From contig CAYPEZ010000006.1 in the NCBI GenBank assembly GCA_964409985.1, positions 1 to 32,175 of the forward strand: a stretch of DNA of 32,175 nucleotides, in the 5' to 3' direction. The notes under the pieces are model-generated. The model saw only the letters and a program-made list of their open reading frames with translations, ran no database searches and was not told the origin of the DNA. This document shows positions 9,080 through 16,538 of this stretch, piece after piece; position 1 is the first letter of the stretch, and every line of letters begins with the position of its first letter. This DNA comes from an uncultured Candidatus Saccharibacteria bacterium. GTDB lineage: Bacteria; Patescibacteriota; Minisyncoccia; Phycocordibacterales; UBA6899. The position numbers and the translations under genes are program-made.

Positions 9080-9337
9080 CTACTGTGCCGTGGTCTTGGA
9101 GTTGATCAGAGACGCCATCCCGCAAGGAGAGCAGAGCTGACCTCCGCCTTCCACATAGTAGGCCCCTGACGCATAGCGCGCAGGGTGGTCGATGTGGGTT
9201 CTTGCCGGAAATCCAACCCCCTTAAGACAAGAGACGCAGAACTCTTCTCCTGTCTCTTGCATACGCCTGGTCGCCTCTTCGAATGTCGTGCGAGATCGAT
9301 TCGCTTCCATCAGACACCTCTTTTGCGCATTATCCAT
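9080..9337 (-). CDS. Hypothetical small protein with two CxxC pairs (zinc-ribbon-like)
   Basis: 85-aa ORF with ATG start. CVSC ... 32 aa ... CSPC suggests a 4-Cys metal site. No family was recognised. The gene ends at the bidirectional terminator. Confidence 0.55.
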   Translation of the reverse strand: MDNAQKRCLMEANRSRTTFEEATRRMQETGEEFCVSCLKGVGFPARTHIDHPARYASGAYYVEGGGQLCSPCGMASLINSKTTAQ

Positions 9338-9455
9338 TCATGAGACTATCAATCTTTTGCAAAAGCGCAACCCTTATTTACAGAAAATGACAAGAGGGGT
9401 GAATATTTTGACGTAGAGTAAAGGTAGATAGCAAAATCAACCTCACTGCGATGTT

Positions 9456-9770
9456 TCATGATGAGTGCGCACCAGAAAGACGCTTCTTTCTTCTTCTCGT
9501 TGATATCTTTTTAAAGATGAGCGCTGTGATCGACGCAAGGAGAGTAAGCGAGAGTGCGTACCCTAGCTTTGTCATAGGTTCCCCCAAAAGATCAAACACA
9601 TAGACAAAAAGCCCATGAAATACTTCATCCCAAGCAAATGCTGCGAGCAAACCGAGCGCTGTTGCGATGACAAACATGAGTCTGTCTAGAAAATCATAGT
9701 GGAGACTCTTGAGTTCGTATTTCTTAATAAACTCTTCTGTCGTGGTCGGAATCGTTTCGTGTTCATTCAT
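9456..9770 (-). CDS. Hypothetical small membrane protein (2 predicted TM, basic C-terminal tail), immediately downstream of lexA
   Basis: 104 aa. TM-like segments are LMFVIATALGLLAAFAW and LGYALSLTLLASITALIF, followed by KKISTRRRKKR. It starts 21 nt after the lexA stop. Confidence 0.65.
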   Translation of the reverse strand: MNEHETIPTTTEEFIKKYELKSLHYDFLDRLMFVIATALGLLAAFAWDEVFHGLFVYVFDLLGEPMTKLGYALSLTLLASITALIFKKISTRRRKKRLSGAHSS

Positions 9771-9791
9771 GGTATCAAGTATACTTTTTTG

Positions 9792-10460
9792 TTATTGCTT
9801 TACGACTGCAATAATCTTTCCATTCACCACCCAATTGTCTCCCTCCATGACAAAGATGGGCTTGAACTTTTCTGTTGACTCCGAGACGAGCATGACTTGG
9901 CCTTTCTCTACAGTATATTTCTTGAGATTTGCCGCACCGTCAATGATCGAGAGCACATAATCTCCATTGCGTGCTGCGCGATCTTCCCCGTCGATGAGTA
10001 CAATATCGCCTTCTTCAATGGATTTTCCCTTCACGTTCGCACGGTTGAGTGACTTTCCAACCGCACGCACCGCAAAGATCCCGCTCTTTTTATGCACAAG
10101 AGATTTACGAACAGAGACATATCCAAGAATGTTGTCTTCTGCAAGAAGCTCTGCGGGACCGCAGTTGGCAGACCCAAGAAGTGGAATAGAGACGAACTCA
10201 ACACCAAGCATGTCTCCCGAGACAGACATGCCGACAAAATCAAATGGCTGGAGTTCAATCGCACGTGCGCGACCAATCGCCCGATCAAGAAAGCCCCCTG
10301 CTTTTAATTTTTCAAGATGGTAGTGCGCCGTCGAGACAGAAACAAATCCAAAATGTTTTCGTATCTCGTCGAGCGAAGGAGCAATGGTGTTCTGTGACAT
10401 ATACTCTTTCACATAATCGAGTACGTCTTTCTGTTTTTTTGTTAATGTAGCGGAGATCAT
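9792..10460 (-). CDS. lexA: LexA-family SOS repressor (S24 peptidase)
   Basis: The N-terminal winged-helix region is LTKKQKDVLDYVKEYMSQNTIAPSLDEIRKHFGFVSVSTAHYHLEKLKAGGFL. The linker IPLLGSANCGPAE aligns to LPLVGRVAAGEP. Catalytic Ser is in AVGKSL (the GxSM position) and catalytic Lys is in ANLKKY. Confidence 0.92.
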   Translation of the reverse strand: MISATLTKKQKDVLDYVKEYMSQNTIAPSLDEIRKHFGFVSVSTAHYHLEKLKAGGFLDRAIGRARAIELQPFDFVGMSVSGDMLGVEFVSIPLLGSANCGPAELLAEDNILGYVSVRKSLVHKKSGIFAVRAVGKSLNRANVKGKSIEEGDIVLIDGEDRAARNGDYVLSIIDGAANLKKYTVEKGQVMLVSESTEKFKPIFVMEGDNWVVNGKIIAVVKQ

Positions 10461-10475
10461 ATATTTGTGGAGATC

Positions 10476-10493
10476 ATGTTCCTAATAATGTTC
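10476..10493. promoter_or_regulatory. Candidate LexA operator: direct repeat ATGTTC-N6-ATGTTC (GTTC-N8-GTTC) in the lexA 5' region
   Basis: atgttcctaataatgttc lies 16-33 nt upstream of the lexA start, downstream of a TATACT -10-like element on the lexA strand. It resembles, but does not equal, the alphaproteobacterial GTTC-N7-GTTC SOS box. This is purely a sequence observation. Confidence 0.3.
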
Positions 10494-10628
10494 TAAATTC
10501 ATCTCTCAGTATAGAAAATAATTAGAAAATCTGAAAGTCGGTAGTCCACACCCAAATAGACCCTTCTTTATAGCCATTTATGGGTCGTCATGTAACATTC
10601 TTGTATACAAACTGAATACACCCCACAT

Positions 10629-11345
10629 ATGGACAAACAGATTATTGAAAAAGCAAAGCGAAATTATTTTCTTATTGGAAGCATACTCACCTTCTTTGTG
10701 GTTGGTGGTGCAACACTCTACGCAAAAACCGGGAATGATGGGCAATCACTCAGTCAGCTCCTTGGAATAGAGAATCGGACCAATGCTGGCCTTGAGCAAG
10801 AAGTTGAGATTGAGCATGGAGTCATAACACCAGCACTCAAGCCCCATGGAAGCGATCGGACTATGGAACCTTCCATAGAGTCACCTTCCCATGAAGGGAT
10901 TGAGCAAGAAGTTGAATTTGAACACGGTGTCATGACCGTTACAACGAAATCACACGGAGATGATGGTGATGAAGAGAATGAACACCGCCGAGGACGAGAT
11001 GACGATGATGAAGATGAGGATTGGGGCGATGATCATTCATGGAATGGAGAATCAGCACCAACAACACCAACGCCTTCCTCCCCCACTCCAACCCCATCGC
11101 AGCCCGTGACAACATTCACAATGGCTGAAGTCGCAACTCATGCGAATGCACAAAGCTGCTACACAACAGTCAGCGGCGGAGTCTACGATGTGACGAGTTA
11201 TATCCCTATTCACAAAGGCGGATCAGCAGCGATATTGGCAATTTGTGGAAAAGACGGATCATCGCTCTTTGCAGGCCAGCACGCAGGTGAACCCAAACCA
11301 GAGCAAGCTCTCGCAAGTTTCAAGATTGGGACACTCGTTCAATAG
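10629..11345 (+). CDS. Membrane-anchored protein with a C-terminal cytochrome b5-like haem/steroid-binding domain
   Basis: N-terminal TM YFLIGSILTFFVVGGATLY. Tandem His-rich repeat G(L/I)EQEVE(I/F)EHGV.T...K.HG(S/D)D at about 10788-10856 and 10896-10964. An acidic run DDDDEDEDWGDD is followed by a PT linker. The C-terminal region is FTMAEVATHANAQSCYTTVSGGVYDVTSYIPIHKGG...GKDGSSLFAGQHAG. This follows the cyt b5 layout, with HKGG in place of HPGG and a second His about 24 residues later. Confidence 0.8.
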   Translation: MDKQIIEKAKRNYFLIGSILTFFVVGGATLYAKTGNDGQSLSQLLGIENRTNAGLEQEVEIEHGVITPALKPHGSDRTMEPSIESPSHEGIEQEVEFEHGVMTVTTKSHGDDGDEENEHRRGRDDDDEDEDWGDDHSWNGESAPTTPTPSSPTPTPSQPVTTFTMAEVATHANAQSCYTTVSGGVYDVTSYIPIHKGGSAAILAICGKDGSSLFAGQHAGEPKPEQALASFKIGTLVQ

Positions 11346-11370
11346 CATTCGTCTTCGCTTCTTACTTAAT

Positions 11371-11396
11371 ACACCCGAAAGGGTGTTTTAAGTTTT
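11371..11396 (+). terminator. Intrinsic terminator after the cyt b5-domain gene; overlaps the stop of the convergent small gene
   Basis: acaccc-gaaa-gggtgt is followed by tttaagtttt. Confidence 0.65.
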
Positions 11397-11564
11397 CTGG
11401 GATTCTTCTCTATCCTCATCTCTATCGAGACGCCCATAATGTTTTCCATCCGCACAATCGCATGGAGTGAGTGGGTCACCGTGTTTTGGACATGTTACGG
11501 CCTGACACGTTCCCACTTTATCAGAAACTCCTCCGCACCCGCCCGTACAAATGTAGTGTTCCAT
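11388..11564 (-). CDS. Small Cys-rich protein (putative metal-binding), acidic C-terminal tail
   Basis: MEHYICTGGCGGVSDKVGTCQAVTCPKHGDPLTPCDCADGKH has 7 Cys and 3 His in 42 aa. The ORF opens at GTG 11588, but ATG 11564 gives the compact Cys-rich N-terminus. No family name is assigned. Confidence 0.6.
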   Translation of the reverse strand: MEHYICTGGCGGVSDKVGTCQAVTCPKHGDPLTPCDCADGKHYGRLDRDEDREESQKT

Positions 11565-11609
11565 ATATCTTTCAGTATACACCCGCACGACGGTGTATAC
11601 TTGGCGTTA

Positions 11610-11840
11610 ATGACAAAAAGAAAACACCATGATATTCACGCCCGTACACTGGCAAAGGCGGTGACGTGGAAGCTCCTCGCAACTATTCTTGCATTCAGCA
11701 CGACGTACTACTACACAGGAAGCGCTGAGATAGCAGGACGCATGGCTGGGACAACCTTTTTCCTAGGCCTCCTTGCTTATTATGCGCACGAGCGTGTATG
11801 GAACGCAGTGCATTGGGGACGAGAGACCAGCGACAACTGA
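11610..11840 (+). CDS. DUF2061-family small membrane protein
   Basis: RTLAKAVTWKLLATILAFSTTYYYTGS...FFLGLLAYYAHERVWNAVHWG matches the DUF2061 signature (K-A-x-x-W-R, Y-x-x-T-G, YY-x-HER-x-W). The long ORF from 11439 overlaps the opposite-strand gene, so the internal ATG at 11610 is preferred. Confidence 0.8.
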   Translation: MTKRKHHDIHARTLAKAVTWKLLATILAFSTTYYYTGSAEIAGRMAGTTFFLGLLAYYAHERVWNAVHWGRETSDN

Positions 11841-11841
11841 C

Positions 11842-12444
11842 CTAGAGCTTTTCAATCCCGTCTAAAAGGGTTTCAAATATTGATGGAGTCACCTCTTCCT
11901 GAGAAAGGAGCGAGAGGAGAATCGTCCCATCTCTATTTTCAGCAAAAGCCCAGTCAAAATACTTTCCTTCGACAATCCCTGTTGCATGTCTGACGACAGT
12001 GAAGGTCACTCCAGAGGGATTAGTGTATTCACTTGTTGTTGCCGAAGCAAGGAATCCTCCCATCCGAAGCGCATCCATCACAGCCGGGATTGTCCGCCCA
12101 TCACTTGTACGCTCAAAGAGTACAGAACCACGAGAAACACGGGACACCGACCCGCTGATGTACTCATTGAGTGAAAAATAGAACGCCTTGGGAACGATCT
12201 GAAGACTGGAATCATCTGGGAAAATACGGTGCGGAAGAATGCAATATTCTGATGGCACCGAAAAACGAAATCCGTACGTAGGTGTTTCAAATGTCGGATC
12301 GCCAAATGTACACTCACGCAATGATTGGATCTGGCGGTCTGCCATAATCCATGGATAGGAGAGTGTTTCTGTATGCCACATCCACCCAACACAGAGGAAA
12401 AGGAGTGTCACACTTGCGCTCGCCCATGGATGTGTTTTCAACAT
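11842..12444 (-). CDS. Hypothetical exported or membrane-anchored protein
   Basis: About 200-aa ORF with an N-terminal hydrophobic segment ASASVTLLFLCVGWMW. ATG 12453 has GAAGGG directly abutting it. ATG 12444 has the same element at a workable spacing and is preferred. No family was recognised. Confidence 0.6.
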   Translation of the reverse strand: MLKTHPWASASVTLLFLCVGWMWHTETLSYPWIMADRQIQSLRECTFGDPTFETPTYGFRFSVPSEYCILPHRIFPDDSSLQIVPKAFYFSLNEYISGSVSRVSRGSVLFERTSDGRTIPAVMDALRMGGFLASATTSEYTNPSGVTFTVVRHATGIVEGKYFDWAFAENRDGTILLSLLSQEEVTPSIFETLLDGIEKL

Positions 12445-12534
12445 TGTAACCATCCCTTCATCGTAACATATTCACATAAAAGCCGTATCCCAGCGGTGTA
12501 TTTGCGATATACTAAAGACTGACAATGAACATCT

Positions 12535-14976
12535 ATGGAAAGTGACACTACACTCCGCGGCATTATCTTTTTTTTGTCGACACTACTTGTATTTAGCATC
12601 GGGACAACAGTATGGGTCGTTCAGACGAACAAACGTGAGACGAGAAGGCTTGAATCTTTGATTACAAAAAACTCTCAAGCTCCAGAAGAATCACAGAGCG
12701 GAAACACAGAAACGACATCATCTGGATTGTCTGAAGTCGTCTCGCCTACACCATCACCTTCGCCAAATACCTCAACAGCACCAAAGAACGGCACAGGTAC
12801 AACAAAACCTTCTGGAAGTGCGTCGTTTCTCAGCATGACAGACGTCGCCAAACATGCGAGTGCATCATCGTGTTGGTTTGTCATTTCAGGAAAAGTCTAT
12901 GATGTCACGGCGTTTGCAAGTAAGCATCCTGGAGGAAAAAATCCGATTATTGATTCGTGTGGCACTGACGCAACAAAGCTCTACCAAACAAAAGGCGGAA
13001 ATCCTGGTCGTCCACATTCTGGAGCAGCAGACAGCATGCTTCCAACATACTTTGTCGGAGAGCTTGGGAAAACGCTCGCAACCACTCCCACGCCAGCACC
13101 TGCCAAGAATCCAACCCCCTCTCCCGCACAATCACAATCGCCAGACACCACCCCTCCAACGGTGAGTATTACTTCACCAGTCCAAAATATTTCTGTTAGT
13201 GCGACAGACGCATCTGGAATCGCATATGTTGAGCTCTCAATCGACAACATCGTTACCGGAAAAGACACCGTGAGCCCTTTTGTATTTACTTCGACTTTTA
13301 CAACGGGAGGACATAGCGTAAGCGCGCGCGCTGTTGACCCGAGCGGGAATTCAAAGACCTCTACGATCACCATCACCGCAACGGCACCGACGACAGAGAC
13401 GCCCGTCACCCCCACACCTTCTCCAACCCCAACATCACAGAATACGTATACACTTACTGAAGTCGCCACACATAACACTCAAGGAAATTGTTGGCTTGTG
13501 ATTTCTGGCAATATTTATAACGTCACTTCCTTCCTCTCAAGTCACCCAGGAGGAGTTTCCACCATCACCCCGCACTGCGGCACTGATGCAACGACAGCGT
13601 TTCAGACCAAGGGATATGGGAACAATCACTCGAACTATGCGTATTCCCTCTTACCAACGTATTTTGTTGCGAGTGTGGGTTCGGCAAGCCCTTCTCCGAC
13701 ACCTACTCCAACACCAAACCCTCAAGCTGACACTACCCCACCTACAGTGACGATGCTTACCCCGGTCAACAACGCTTCTTTCCCCGCTAATCAAAGCATA
13801 ACGATCAGTGCTTCAGCCTCTGATGCTTCTGGGGTGTCCTATGTTGAATTTTCCGTCGATGGAACGGTAGTGTCTACTGATTATTCAAGTCCTTACTCAG
13901 CAGTGACAACGATTGCAATAGGCTCCCATACAGTGACCGCACGTGCGGTAGATGCGAGTGGGCATTATGCCATTGCAGCAATTACTGTTGTTGCAACTGT
14001 TCCTCCTACCCCGTCACCTACTCCTACGCCCACACCGACTCCAAGCACAACAACATACACTGCATCACAAGTTGCTACACATAATGCTCAATCAAATTGC
14101 TGGCTGACCATCTCAGGCAAGGTATATAACGTCACTTCCTTCCTCTCAAGTCACCCAGGAGGAGTTTCCACCATCACCCCGCACTGCGGCACTGATGCAA
14201 CGACAGCGTTTCAGACAAAAGGCGGTGGCGGAAACAATCACTCAACATTCGCATATTCTCTGTTGCCAACGTACTATGTTGGCGACCTCTCGACAGGCGT
14301 AACCCCAACACCATCACCTACTCCTACCCCAACGCCAACTCCTACACCCACACCGACTCCAACGCCAACGCCATCAGGGACAACATATACCGCAGCAGAT
14401 GTTGCGACCCACAACTCTTCTGGTAATTGTTGGCTTATTATCCTCGGGAAAGTCTACAATGTGACGTCGTTCATTAATTCTCATCCTGGAGGAAGGTCCG
14501 CAATTACCACACACTGTGGAACGGACGCAACAACAGCATTCACCACAAATGGGGCTGGTGGACATGCTCACAACGCATCGACGTACAATATGCTTCCCTC
14601 GTACTATGTCGGCGACCTCTCGACAGGCGTAACCCCAACACCATCACCTACTCCTACGCCAACGCCAACTCCTACACCCACACCGACTCCAACCCCAACG
14701 CCTAGTGGAGCACCAACAACTGCGACTATTTCTGTGAATAGCTCTGGAGTGTTCAGCCCAACAAGCGTGACGATTGCGGCAGGAGGATCGGTGACCTTCA
14801 ATTACACTTCAGGTTCAAATGAAGCAAAAGTGCGATTCTCTCCATCAACAATCACAGGGTTTACACTTGATGGCGAAAACTCGTCACGAACTCGCACATT
14901 CTCCTCTGCCGGAACATGGACCGTCAGTGTCCAGGATAAGCCTTCTGGAAATACGGCGACGATTACCGTTCAGTAG
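12535..14976 (+). CDS. Large signal-anchored surface protein: four cytochrome b5-like haem-binding domains, two Ig-like domains, PT linkers and a C-terminal beta-sandwich (cupredoxin-like shape, no Cu ligands)
   Basis: N-terminal TM IIFFLSTLLVFSIGTTVWVV. The four cyt b5-like modules lie at about 12826-13062, 13444-13674, 14053-14289 and 14380-14622. Each has V(A)(K/T)H..(x)..CW..I.GK(V/I)Y(D/N)VT.F...HPGG...CGTDAT..F....G....H(S/N). Both the HPGG His and a second His are at the spacing of the b5 axial ligands. Two DTTPPTV...ASG(I/V)(A/S)YVE(L/F)S(I/V)D...H(S/T)V(S/T)ARAVD modules look like bacterial Ig-like domains. Extensive (TP)n linkers are present. Confidence 0.88.
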   Translation: MESDTTLRGIIFFLSTLLVFSIGTTVWVVQTNKRETRRLESLITKNSQAPEESQSGNTETTSSGLSEVVSPTPSPSPNTSTAPKNGTGTTKPSGSASFLSMTDVAKHASASSCWFVISGKVYDVTAFASKHPGGKNPIIDSCGTDATKLYQTKGGNPGRPHSGAADSMLPTYFVGELGKTLATTPTPAPAKNPTPSPAQSQSPDTTPPTVSITSPVQNISVSATDASGIAYVELSIDNIVTGKDTVSPFVFTSTFTTGGHSVSARAVDPSGNSKTSTITITATAPTTETPVTPTPSPTPTSQNTYTLTEVATHNTQGNCWLVISGNIYNVTSFLSSHPGGVSTITPHCGTDATTAFQTKGYGNNHSNYAYSLLPTYFVASVGSASPSPTPTPTPNPQADTTPPTVTMLTPVNNASFPANQSITISASASDASGVSYVEFSVDGTVVSTDYSSPYSAVTTIAIGSHTVTARAVDASGHYAIAAITVVATVPPTPSPTPTPTPTPSTTTYTASQVATHNAQSNCWLTISGKVYNVTSFLSSHPGGVSTITPHCGTDATTAFQTKGGGGNNHSTFAYSLLPTYYVGDLSTGVTPTPSPTPTPTPTPTPTPTPTPTPSGTTYTAADVATHNSSGNCWLIILGKVYNVTSFINSHPGGRSAITTHCGTDATTAFTTNGAGGHAHNASTYNMLPSYYVGDLSTGVTPTPSPTPTPTPTPTPTPTPTPTPSGAPTTATISVNSSGVFSPTSVTIAAGGSVTFNYTSGSNEAKVRFSPSTITGFTLDGENSSRTRTFSSAGTWTVSVQDKPSGNTATITVQ
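13516..13607 (+). repeat. 92-nt tract, 100% identical to 14125-14216 (inside cyt b5 domain 2)
   Basis: tataacgtcacttccttcctctcaagtcacccaggaggagtttccaccatcaccccgcactgcggcactgatgcaacgacagcgtttcagac occurs twice. The flanking sequence of the two domains is clearly diverged. Confidence 0.95.
14125..14216 (+). repeat. Second copy of the 92-nt identical tract (inside cyt b5 domain 3)
   Basis: Identical by eye to 13516-13607; offset 609 nt, in frame. Confidence 0.95.
14271..14372 (+). repeat. 102-nt tract (end of b5 domain 3 plus PT linker), repeated at 14601-14702 with 3 mismatches
   Basis: gtactatgt(t/c)ggcgacctctcgacaggcgtaaccccaacaccatcacctactcctac(c/g)ccaacgccaactcctacacccacaccgactccaac(g/c)ccaacgcc; offset 330 nt, in frame. 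Confidence 0.9.
14601..14702 (+). repeat. Second copy of the 102-nt tract (end of b5 domain 4 plus PT linker)
   Basis: See 14271-14372. Confidence 0.9.
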
Positions 14977-15004
14977 CTAATAAGGTTCGTGGTAAACTAT
15001 ACAC

Positions 15005-16171
15005 ATGCCACGAAAACTATCTCCAAAAAACAAGAAAGACTTTGCTGCCCTTGCACTTACCATTCACAAATCGCTTAACGGAAAGATCAGCATAGCTCCA
15101 AAGAAAAAAATACGTTCGCGGGATGATCTTGCTGTCTTTTACACCCCAGGAGTCGGTGCAGTCTCTACGTTTCTTTCAAAAAATAAGGAAAAGACCAAAG
15201 AGTATACGCTTAAAGGAAATGCTGTTGCCGTCGTTTCTGACGGATCAGCAGTTTTAGGCCTCGGTAACATAGGTCCAGAAGGGGCCTACCCCGTCATGGA
15301 GGGCAAGGCAATGCTCTTCAAGGCACTTGCAGATATTGATGCAGTGCCAATCCTCCTCTCAACACAAAATCCTGATGAAATTGTCGCAGCAGTGAAGGCA
15401 ATTGCCCCAACATTTGGAGGAATTAATCTTGAAGATATCGCTGCGCCAAAATGTTTTGAGATTGAGCGAAAACTTCAGGAGGCTCTTGATATTCCCGTCC
15501 TTCACGATGATCAGCATGGGACAGCAATGGTCGTCCTTGCGGGACTCATCAATGCACTCAAGGTCGTAAAGAAATCTCCACACAAAATTCGTGTTGCAAT
15601 TTCAGGGGCGGGAGCCGCGGGGGCAGCCATTGCATTCTTTTTGAAAGCATACGGTATCACAGAGATTCTCGTTGTCGACAGAGTGGGTGTCATCTACAAA
15701 ACTCGCCCGGACCTCAACCCTGAAAAACGTAAACTCGCCGAAGAAACAAACCCTCACAATGTTGGTGGAGGCCTTGCAGATGCGATGCGGGGAGCGGATG
15801 TCTTTATTGGCGTGTCCTCTGCAGGACTTGTCACCGAAGAGATGGTGAGAGGCATGGCACCACGTGCGATTGTTTTTTCGCTCGCAAATCCTGTTCCCGA
15901 GATCATGCCTGATGTTGCACTCAATGCCGGAGCAATGGTGGTCGCCACAGGACGATCCGACTTCCCCAATCAAGTCAATAACTCTCTCGGTTTCCCTGGA
16001 ATCTTTCGTGGCGCTCTCGACAATGGGGTAACACGAATCACTGATCTCATGCTGGTTCAGGCAGCAAAGAATCTCGCCTCACTCGTCAAAAAACCCACGG
16101 CAACAAATATCATGCCAGGGCCTCTCGATAAAAAAGCAGTGAGCGCAGTTGCTCGTGCGATCAGGAGTTAG
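15005..16171 (+). CDS. NAD(P)-dependent malic enzyme (short, MaeB-N-terminal/YtsJ type)
   Basis: DDLAVFYTPGVGAVS; VAVVSDGSAVLGLGNIGPEGAYPVMEGKAMLFK; FGGINLEDIAAPKCFEIERKL; IPVLHDDQHGTAMVVLAGLINAL; Rossmann motif ISGAGAAGAAIA; FSLANPVPEI; NNSLGFPGIFRGALD. Confidence 0.93.
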   Translation: MPRKLSPKNKKDFAALALTIHKSLNGKISIAPKKKIRSRDDLAVFYTPGVGAVSTFLSKNKEKTKEYTLKGNAVAVVSDGSAVLGLGNIGPEGAYPVMEGKAMLFKALADIDAVPILLSTQNPDEIVAAVKAIAPTFGGINLEDIAAPKCFEIERKLQEALDIPVLHDDQHGTAMVVLAGLINALKVVKKSPHKIRVAISGAGAAGAAIAFFLKAYGITEILVVDRVGVIYKTRPDLNPEKRKLAEETNPHNVGGGLADAMRGADVFIGVSSAGLVTEEMVRGMAPRAIVFSLANPVPEIMPDVALNAGAMVVATGRSDFPNQVNNSLGFPGIFRGALDNGVTRITDLMLVQAAKNLASLVKKPTATNIMPGPLDKKAVSAVARAIRS

Positions 16172-16532
16172 CCCTGTGATCCTCCGATTTTTTCGAAAAG
16201 TGTTCAACAAACAAATTGCTTGTTCTCTCTTTTTCTGCGGCAAGTAGATCTCTGAGCTCACAAAGATTATCTAGTGCAGCGTTGTACCCATCCGTGCCAT
16301 CATAAAGCGTGCCGTCTAAACGCTCTCCTTCCACAACGAGCTTCTCAACCTCGGAATGATAGCCATCAATACTTCCTGCGTATTCGGAACTTTCGTGGTC
16401 ATACATTCCCTCAATTTGTCCATTCACTTCAGCGTATTTTTCCTTCATTCGGCGAACAAGATCATCAAAATACTCCTGGGTGTGTTCTGGGTTTGAAGGA
16501 CTTACATTTTCTTTGTACGACTCGTGTTTCAT
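16161..16532 (-). CDS. Hypothetical small acidic protein (123 aa)
   Basis: ATG start 6 nt after the stop of the upstream 86-aa gene. The protein is strongly acidic with helix-prone composition and no TM or signal sequence. The 3' end overlaps the convergent malic-enzyme gene by 11 nt. No family was recognised. Confidence 0.55.
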   Translation of the reverse strand: MKHESYKENVSPSNPEHTQEYFDDLVRRMKEKYAEVNGQIEGMYDHESSEYAGSIDGYHSEVEKLVVEGERLDGTLYDGTDGYNAALDNLCELRDLLAAEKERTSNLFVEHFSKKSEDHRANS

Positions 16533-16538
16533 ATATTT

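Noticed and set aside
13516-14702. The repeated tracts could be a CRISPR array or a diversity-generating retroelement (TR/VR pair).
   Set aside because: The repeats are in frame inside one gene and are not regularly spaced with unique spacers. The copies are identical or differ at C/G positions rather than showing adenine-specific substitutions. No reverse transcriptase is in the window.
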